Below are positions 17,853-25,515 of a DNA stretch of 31,133 nt, one piece after another. Each line of letters begins with the position of its first letter. Positions within the stretch are counted from its first letter, which is position 1. The stretch comes from Promethearchaeota archaeon (GTDB lineage Archaea; Asgardarchaeota; Lokiarchaeia; Sigyniarchaeales; SOKP01): NCBI GenBank assembly GCA_016839745.1, contig JAEOTS010000017.1:1-31133 (forward strand), given 5' to 3'. The notes beneath the pieces were generated by a model, which was not told the origin of the DNA, made no database searches, and worked only from the letters and a program-made list of their open reading frames with translations. Position numbers and translations under genes: made by a program.

Positions 17853-20800
17853 ATGTCCAAAATTTATTCGTCAATAAAAAATTTAAGGGATCGTGCAAGA
17901 GCGAGTATAACCATAAAACAATTTGATGTTTTGTTTTTCTTGGCATTGTTTTTTGTCATATTTATAGCTATTTTAATTAGACTCTCTCCGGTTGCCTCTG
18001 GCAATTACTTAATTAAAGCATTTGACCCTTGGATTCAATATTACAACGCAGAATACTTATCAACTCATTCACTTTTCGAATATTTTAATTGGCACGATAT
18101 CAAAAGCTGGTTTCCAGAAGGAGTCGCCCGTGGAAACCTCAGACCGGGATTAACGTTTACAGTGGTCGCTATTTTCCAATTTTTCAACTCAATAGGAATA
18201 CCTTTATCTCTTTATGATGTTGCTTTTTACTTTCCCGCTTTTATGGGAGGAGCAACTGTTTTTGCTATATATCTTGTAGGAAAAGAAGCTTTGGATAGGA
18301 GATGCGGTTTAATCGCAGCTTTTTTCTTAGCGTTTAACCCAGGGTTTATGCAAAGAACCACAGCTGGTTTCTTCGACAATGAGACTATTGGGGTATTTGC
18401 GACATTAATGACATTTTATTTCTTTATTAAAACAATACGAACGGGCAAAATTGTTCATTCTCTCTTAGGGGGATTATTCTTAGGTTATTTAGCTTTAAGT
18501 TGGGGGGGATTCAATTTTGTATATTTGATTCTACCCCTTGTTTGTGGTATAATGATCCTTCTAAAAAAATACGACTCTAATTTATTAATTGCCTATGTAG
18601 GAATAGAAGGGATGGGTATACTTGTATATGCCCTTGCTTATAATTTCACTTTCTATAGATTTTTTACTAGTTTAGAGCTAGGTGGTATTTTTTATTTTAC
18701 TATATTTTTAATAATTTTTCATTTACTTTACACCAAAAAAGATGATTTACCCCGATTTTATAATGGTCTAATAAACACTGTAAAATGGGGTATAATTCCA
18801 ATCGTTGTTGTAGGAGCAGTCATTATATGGGTTGCCCCTGATATAATTCCATTTGGATTTGGGGATAGATTATTAAGTATTTTAAGTCCCTTAATAAGAG
18901 AGGGTTTGAGTCTAACTGCATCAGTAGCTGAACATATGCCAAGTGCATGGAGCGTATTTTATTACAATACTTTAATCCCTCTAATGCTTTTACCTTTAGG
19001 ATTGTTTTTCTTATTTAAAAGAGCAAATGTCGCCGATGTTTTGCTTTTAGCCTTTTTAATTTTGATTTTCTATTTTACAGGTAGTATGATTCGAATAATC
19101 CTTTTATTTGCTCCTGCTGCATGTTTAGTAGGTGCTTATGGGTTGGTTAGCATTTTAAAAATTTTCGGTAGCTTTTATGGGGAACAAAGAACAGGGATAA
19201 GTAGAAAACGAAAACGCCAAGTAAAAAGGACGGTAGGGAAATCTGAAATTGGTGCGGTTTACATCATTGTTGGAATAATGTGTATTGCACAAGTAATGCA
19301 TGCTTCTAACATTGCGGTCACTCAATTATCACAGAGTCAAATTAACCCTGGTGGACAGGTGTCTGGTGTACACGATTGGGAGGAATCTTTAACTTGGATG
19401 AAATCGAATCTTCCTGGAACCACTGTTGTTGTTTCGTGGTGGGACTATGGGTATTGGTTAACTCCAATAGGAAACATGACAACAGTTAACGATAATGGAA
19501 CAATAAATCAAACTCGAATAGGAATGACTGGAATGGCAATGATGCAAACAGATGAAATATATAGCGCTAAAGTTTTTAAAAGACTAAAAGCAGATTATGT
19601 TTTAGTCTTTTTTGGGATGCTTTATCCCGCCTTAGGCGGTGATGAGGGCAAGTGGCCCTGGATGGTTAGAATCTGTAACGATAATTACCAACGATATAAG
19701 GATTTAGGCATGGAAGAAGATAATTGGGGCCCTAACTCGGTATTCGTTGAAAGCGAATATTTTAACGATACTGTGCAAAGACCCACTCCAAAATGGTTCC
19801 AAAGCCAGTTAGTTAAGCTAATGTTTTATGGGAATCCAACTAGTCCCCCAGCAGACCCTAATAACCCTAGGTCTTTCACTGAATATTATCAGGCCTCGAT
19901 CAATTCAAGAACCGATACTGACGGGAATACATACGCGAGCCATATACCAGAAAATGGACGATACGATTTTAAAGTATTTAGACCCGAATATCTCTCTACA
20001 AACGGGATGGTTAAGTTGTTTAAACTTGATTATACCGCTTTAGAATCAAGTTTCCAAATAATAAATCCTGAAGTATTTAATTCTGGTTATGCTACCCTCA
20101 AACTAAAAAACACAGGAACCAAAAATTTAACGATTAAAGACGTCAAAATAAATGGTCAGAGTTATGATTTCAGTTTAGGTAAGGGTATTAATACGAATCA
20201 AGTAGCCACTGAAGATGATGATTTAGTCTGGGTAGACTATAAATCTAGTGGAAAATCTTTCCAGACTAGCGATGTTGTAAATATTGAAGTAGAAGCCCAA
20301 TCAACAGCAGCAGATTCTTTACCCTTTACATTTACAAATTATACAAGTAATTTCTTTGTTAAGGAAGCGATTGAAGGGGATATAAAAATTAATAAGCAAA
20401 ATAGCCAGGTAGTTCAAGTAAATGAAGACCTAAGTGAATTATATCTCGAAATAGAAAATACTGGTCTTGCAACTGTTGTTCTAAGAGACTTTTATTTAGA
20501 CGACGAGAATAATACTCTTGATGATTTTACCTATCTTTCTGGATCCTCTATCTTAGAAGCTGGTCAAAAAGCTTACGTAAAAATAGTAAATACAGATTAT
20601 CCATTTTATAGAAATCTAACAAAGGTTTTCAAAATAGGTGTTATAACACCTAATAATATCAAAGACGAGCTTTTATTTACTTCGAATTACAATGGTTATA
20701 AAATTTCATTACTTGAAGAGAGTAGAATTCCATCTCCAGAAGCATTTATTGCTACTCAAACCGATTTTAGAAGGCACATTCCAATTAATTTAGAGAAAAC

Positions 20801-21752
20801 TTACGCTTATACTTATGATAATGGAACTACTATTGTAGATATTATGATTAAAAATACTGGTGATCGAAGAATTGGATTTGATTCTATATATCTGAAAACA
20901 ACTGGTACATGGACTCCTGTTTCACCTATCGATTTAATTAGTAGTTTGGAACCTGGTGTAGAGGGAAATGTAAGGGTAATAGTTCCTGGTGTATTAGGTG
21001 ATATCCATGTAAACGACGAGCTTGGAATTATAGTCACCACCAACTATGATATCGTAACTAAAGCTTCTGATGTAGGATTCGTTCATACGATTGTTGACAG
21101 ACCTGATATCCAAATTTTCGATAATGTTGAAGGTCAAATTGCGTCGTATATTTCCGCTAATGAGACGGGTAAAATCTTAATTAAGAACACTGGTGATGAA
21201 TCTATAACCTTGGATAAATTATATCTAAATACTACAACAGTATTAAATTTCTCAAGTGATGTGAATTTTGAATATGGAGATATCTCGTTAGATATACAAG
21301 AATGCGCTTTAGTCTCTTTCAACATCACGGGACTACAGCTAAATTCCTCTAACATCCTTAACGTTGATATAACTACTAATACTACTGCTCAATTCGATAT
21401 GGATTTCACTGTAATAGTGAATTCACAATTATATAATGTCAATATTGACGACATTGGAACGACTGCTTCAGCTTCAGCTTCACAAAATGTAGTAATTACG
21501 ATAGAAAATAACGGGATTTTTAATGTTACAATAGATTCAATAAATATCAATGGTACTTATATTCCTTTGGTTAATTTTACTGAAAGTATTTACGAAATCG
21601 GAGCGGATAGTTCAATTCAATTAACAATAAATACGGGTGTTCTCGAAAGTATAATGGGTGGTATTGACATTCAAAATAACGACATATTAGTAATAATAGT
21701 CCGTACTCAGGAAGGAGCAGAAGATATTCACGAAGAAACCGTTGAATCCTAA
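17853..21752 (+). CDS. aglB: Oligosaccharyltransferase AglB/STT3 with long repetitive C-terminal extension
   Basis: Multi-TM N-terminal half; AFDPW, GFFDNE, SVAEH, WWDYG, DNGT and DEGKWPWMVRI (DK motif). Confidence 0.95.
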   Translation: MSKIYSSIKNLRDRARASITIKQFDVLFFLALFFVIFIAILIRLSPVASGNYLIKAFDPWIQYYNAEYLSTHSLFEYFNWHDIKSWFPEGVARGNLRPGLTFTVVAIFQFFNSIGIPLSLYDVAFYFPAFMGGATVFAIYLVGKEALDRRCGLIAAFFLAFNPGFMQRTTAGFFDNETIGVFATLMTFYFFIKTIRTGKIVHSLLGGLFLGYLALSWGGFNFVYLILPLVCGIMILLKKYDSNLLIAYVGIEGMGILVYALAYNFTFYRFFTSLELGGIFYFTIFLIIFHLLYTKKDDLPRFYNGLINTVKWGIIPIVVVGAVIIWVAPDIIPFGFGDRLLSILSPLIREGLSLTASVAEHMPSAWSVFYYNTLIPLMLLPLGLFFLFKRANVADVLLLAFLILIFYFTGSMIRIILLFAPAACLVGAYGLVSILKIFGSFYGEQRTGISRKRKRQVKRTVGKSEIGAVYIIVGIMCIAQVMHASNIAVTQLSQSQINPGGQVSGVHDWEESLTWMKSNLPGTTVVVSWWDYGYWLTPIGNMTTVNDNGTINQTRIGMTGMAMMQTDEIYSAKVFKRLKADYVLVFFGMLYPALGGDEGKWPWMVRICNDNYQRYKDLGMEEDNWGPNSVFVESEYFNDTVQRPTPKWFQSQLVKLMFYGNPTSPPADPNNPRSFTEYYQASINSRTDTDGNTYASHIPENGRYDFKVFRPEYLSTNGMVKLFKLDYTALESSFQIINPEVFNSGYATLKLKNTGTKNLTIKDVKINGQSYDFSLGKGINTNQVATEDDDLVWVDYKSSGKSFQTSDVVNIEVEAQSTAADSLPFTFTNYTSNFFVKEAIEGDIKINKQNSQVVQVNEDLSELYLEIENTGLATVVLRDFYLDDENNTLDDFTYLSGSSILEAGQKAYVKIVNTDYPFYRNLTKVFKIGVITPNNIKDELLFTSNYNGYKISLLEESRIPSPEAFIATQTDFRRHIPINLEKTYAYTYDNGTTIVDIMIKNTGDRRIGFDSIYLKTTGTWTPVSPIDLISSLEPGVEGNVRVIVPGVLGDIHVNDELGIIVTTNYDIVTKASDVGFVHTIVDRPDIQIFDNVEGQIASYISANETGKILIKNTGDESITLDKLYLNTTTVLNFSSDVNFEYGDISLDIQECALVSFNITGLQLNSSNILNVDITTNTTAQFDMDFTVIVNSQLYNVNIDDIGTTASASASQNVVITIENNGIFNVTIDSININGTYIPLVNFTESIYEIGADSSIQLTINTGVLESIMGGIDIQNNDILVIIVRTQEGAEDIHEETVES

Positions 21753-21879
21753 TTTTAATTTTCTTCTGTTTTTGGTAAAAATCATAAATTATGCAAGATT
21801 AAAAAATCTATAGACCTATCGTCTATTTATTTTATTTAACTTCATCTCTAATTAACCTTAAAATTTTGGTACTTAATTT

Positions 21880-24800
21880 ATGACATCCAAATTCAAAATT
21901 GAATCCGATTATATACCTCGTGGAGATCAGCCAGAAGCGATAAAAACACTAGCAAACAATATTAAAGACGGAAAGCACTTTCAAACTTTGCTTGGAGCTA
22001 CCGGTACGGGTAAAAGTTTAGACTATAATGAACCACTAATACTAATCAATGAAAAAAACGAGATTGTTAAAACCCGAATCGGAGAATTCGTGGAAAAAAA
22101 TCTTGATGAACCTCATTTCATAAATGAAACACAATATCAGAGAATAAATGGTTATAAGGTACTATCATTTAATACTAAAGATTACAATATTCAAGAAAAA
22201 AAAGTTAAAGAAGTGTCGAAGCATAAAGAAGGTTCACTTTACGAAATTACATTAGATGACAATTCGAATATAAGAGTTACTAAAGATCATAACTGTTTCA
22301 GGTTTTATAATTGTAAATTTGAATTATGTTCTACAAATCAACTTAAGATAGGAGATTATGTTCCTGTCTCAAAAAATATTTTAAAACCCTCAAAACCTTC
22401 CAAAACATTTTTAAACCTGTTAGATTTTAATCAGGAATTTAAGGTTAATGTTAAATCTTTAATTGAAAAGAATAGAGCCTCGCTTGACAAAATCAAGGAG
22501 GTATTAAAGAACGAGCATTATGCTTATAGCTGGAAGCTTGATCAAATTCTTGAAGAGACTAAAGAAAGAGGGATAACAATTGAAAACCTAAAAATTCTTC
22601 TAAATAAATTAGATCTTAAATTAGATGAAGTTTATTCTGATATAAGAATAATTACAAAAGGGAATGATCAATTAACTCCTTTAATTCCTATTGATGATAA
22701 TTTCTTAATATTTTCAGGATTGTACTTATCAGAGGGTCATTGTACAGATCGATATATTTTAATTTCAAATTCAGATAAAAACTTGCAAAATAGATGTAAA
22801 GAATTTTTTGACAATTATAACCTAAATTATCATCAACGGAATCAAAATGATATTCAGTTTAACTCTAAAATTTGGCGAAATTTTTATATCACACTTGGGA
22901 AAAAAGCTAGAGATAAACAGATATTAAGTTTCTTCTATAATTTATCTAATGATCAATTAAAAATATTTCTGAGAGCTTTATTTGATGGTGATGGTTGGGT
23001 CGAAAAATCAGCCGCCTGTTATTTATCTGCCTCACATAATTTAATATTTGACATAAAAAATTTGTTGTTAAGATTTGATATTATATCTAGAGTGTCAAGA
23101 AGAAGGAAAAAATATAAAGCAGCAGACGGAAAATATAAAGAAGGAATTTATTTTCAGCTGAATATATCAGGACAATCTAACTTAATGAAATTTAATGAGA
23201 ACATTTCTTTCTCATTAGATTACAAAAGAAAAAAATTGTTAACATTGTTAGGTAAAAAAGAAAATACAAATGTAGATCTAGTCCCGAATTGTTCAAATTA
23301 TGTGAAAGAGTTAAGGTTAAAACTTAACCTTTCCCAAAAGCAAATGGCTGAACGTATAGGGTGTGTTAGACAAACAATATCGCATATAGAGAATAATAAA
23401 CGATTCCCATCAAAAAATTTATTTAGCAATATAGTAAAACTTGATAAAACTCAAATTGACTTAAAGAATTTACTAAAGTTCAATTTTAGAAAAATAATTA
23501 ATATTAAAGAAGTAAAATCTACCAATGGCTATGTCTATGACATAGCAGTCGAGGAAAATGAAAATTTTTGTGCTGGATATGGAAATGTTTTTGTTCATAA
23601 CACATTCACGGTTGCAAATATTATTCAAGATGTTCAAAAACCGACATTAGTAATGGCACCAAATAAAACGCTCGCGGCACAATTGTATAACGAACTTAAA
23701 GAATTATTTCCTGAGAATGAAGTTCATTATTTTGTCAGCTATTACGATTATTATCAACCAGAAAGTTATATGCCTATTACAGGATTATACATCGAGAAGG
23801 ATTTCAGCGTAAACGAAGAAATTGAGAGACTTAGATTAGCTGCAACCCATGCAATTAGAACCAGAAACGATGTCATAATCGTAGCAACTGTTTCTTGCAT
23901 ATATGGGATTGGTGATCCTAAAATTTGGACAGCAATTTCCCTGAACCTAGATGTTGGACAAACTATTAAAAGAAAAGAGATAATAAAACGATTAATAATA
24001 ATGAATTATGAAAGAAAGGAAGTAGAATTTAAGCCGGGCGTCGTAAGAGTCAGAGGAGATATTATAGATATTTTTCCCGCGTACTTAAACACTGCTATTC
24101 GTATATCCTTATTTGGAGACGTGATTGAGTCAATTCAAGAAATACATCATATTACAAATAATGTAATAACAGATATTTCTAATTGTAGGATTTTTCCCGC
24201 GACTCATTTTATCATACCTGAAGAAAACAAGGAGAAGGCTTTAGTATCGATAGAAGAAGAGTTAGAAATTCAGGTAGAAAAATTCATGAAGGAAAAAAGA
24301 TACGCAGAGGCGCAATGGATTGAGAAAAGAACTAAATTTGATCTTGAGATGATGAGGGAAATGGGATGGTGTAAGGGAGTCGAAAATTATTCTAGGCACT
24401 TAGACGGAAGACCCCCTGGCAGTCCTCCTATGTGTTTGATCGATTATTTTCCAGAAGATTTCTTAATTGTTGTTGATGAGAGCCACATCACAATTCCGCA
24501 AATTCATGGAATGATTGGTGGAGATCGATCAAGAAAAAAGAACCTTATAGATTTTGGGTGGAGACTCCCGTCCGCGTATGACAATAGGCCACTAACTTTT
24601 GAAGAATGGGAATCCAAAATTAAATACATAATATTCATGAGCGCTACTCCTGGGGAGTGGGAGTCGAAGAAAAGTGGTGGAATCTCTGCAGAACAGATAA
24701 TTAGGCCCACTGGGTTGGTAGATCCTTTCGTGGAGATACGCCCTGCCAAAAATCAGATTGACGATTTGCTGGGGGAAATAAGAAAAGTTATTAACAACAG

Positions 24801-25473
24801 GGGGAGAACATTAGTAACAACACTTACTAAGCGAATGTCAGAAGATATCGCTGAATATTATACTGAAATCGGGTTGAAGGTCGCCTACTTGCATTCAGAG
24901 GTAGATACTGTAGAAAGGTTTGAAATCTTAAGGCGTCTTAGAGATGGTACTCACGATGTTTTAGTTGGTATAAATTTGTTAAGAGAAGGACTTGATTTAC
25001 CCGAAGTACAACTAGTTGCTATCTTAGATGCAGATAAATTAGGATTTCTAAGGGACACAAGGTCTCTTATACAAACAATTGGAAGAGCTTCGCGAAATAT
25101 TGAAGGAAAAGCTATTTTATACGCTGATAAATTTACTTCCGCAATGAGAGAAGCTATAGAAGAAACCGATAGAAGAAGGAAAAAACAAATTGAATATAAT
25201 AAAATAAACAAAATTACGCCTCAAACGATTAAGAAGAACATTCTGAATTCTCTCTCCGAGGAACAAGAATTTAAAGAAAAGGAAACGAAGAAATTAAAAA
25301 GAACTATAAAAGATAAAATTGAAGAATTAGAAAAACAAGGAGATATAGATATTGTAATCCAATACCTTGAGACTAAAATGCTTCTGGCAGCAAAAGAACT
25401 TAGGTTTGAAGATGCTGCGTATTTAAGAGATAAAATTAAGGAAACTAAGCGAAATTATAAAATAAAAGAGTGA
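21880..25473 (+). CDS. uvrB: Excinuclease ABC subunit B precursor containing an intein
   Basis: GDQP, GATGTGK|TFT, APNKTLAAQL, YYDYYQPE, DESH, GINLLREGLDLPEV and FEDAA.LRD; 668 aa after intein removal. Confidence 0.97.
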   Translation: MTSKFKIESDYIPRGDQPEAIKTLANNIKDGKHFQTLLGATGTGKSLDYNEPLILINEKNEIVKTRIGEFVEKNLDEPHFINETQYQRINGYKVLSFNTKDYNIQEKKVKEVSKHKEGSLYEITLDDNSNIRVTKDHNCFRFYNCKFELCSTNQLKIGDYVPVSKNILKPSKPSKTFLNLLDFNQEFKVNVKSLIEKNRASLDKIKEVLKNEHYAYSWKLDQILEETKERGITIENLKILLNKLDLKLDEVYSDIRIITKGNDQLTPLIPIDDNFLIFSGLYLSEGHCTDRYILISNSDKNLQNRCKEFFDNYNLNYHQRNQNDIQFNSKIWRNFYITLGKKARDKQILSFFYNLSNDQLKIFLRALFDGDGWVEKSAACYLSASHNLIFDIKNLLLRFDIISRVSRRRKKYKAADGKYKEGIYFQLNISGQSNLMKFNENISFSLDYKRKKLLTLLGKKENTNVDLVPNCSNYVKELRLKLNLSQKQMAERIGCVRQTISHIENNKRFPSKNLFSNIVKLDKTQIDLKNLLKFNFRKIINIKEVKSTNGYVYDIAVEENENFCAGYGNVFVHNTFTVANIIQDVQKPTLVMAPNKTLAAQLYNELKELFPENEVHYFVSYYDYYQPESYMPITGLYIEKDFSVNEEIERLRLAATHAIRTRNDVIIVATVSCIYGIGDPKIWTAISLNLDVGQTIKRKEIIKRLIIMNYERKEVEFKPGVVRVRGDIIDIFPAYLNTAIRISLFGDVIESIQEIHHITNNVITDISNCRIFPATHFIIPEENKEKALVSIEEELEIQVEKFMKEKRYAEAQWIEKRTKFDLEMMREMGWCKGVENYSRHLDGRPPGSPPMCLIDYFPEDFLIVVDESHITIPQIHGMIGGDRSRKKNLIDFGWRLPSAYDNRPLTFEEWESKIKYIIFMSATPGEWESKKSGGISAEQIIRPTGLVDPFVEIRPAKNQIDDLLGEIRKVINNRGRTLVTTLTKRMSEDIAEYYTEIGLKVAYLHSEVDTVERFEILRRLRDGTHDVLVGINLLREGLDLPEVQLVAILDADKLGFLRDTRSLIQTIGRASRNIEGKAILYADKFTSAMREAIEETDRRRKKQIEYNKINKITPQTIKKNILNSLSEEQEFKEKETKKLKRTIKDKIEELEKQGDIDIVIQYLETKMLLAAKELRFEDAAYLRDKIKETKRNYKIKE
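22015..23601 (+). mobile_element. Intein (529 aa) with LAGLIDADG homing endonuclease and XRE-type HTH
   Basis: Begins SLDYNEP; block B VTKDH; LAGLIDADG-like FSGLYLSEG and FLRALFDGDG; HTH LSQKQMAERIGCVRQTISHIEN; ends YVYDIAV..ENF..FVHN followed by Thr. Confidence 0.95.
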
Positions 25474-25515
25474 AATTTTTCACAAAACAATAATTGAAAA
25501 ATAATAGGAGCAAAC

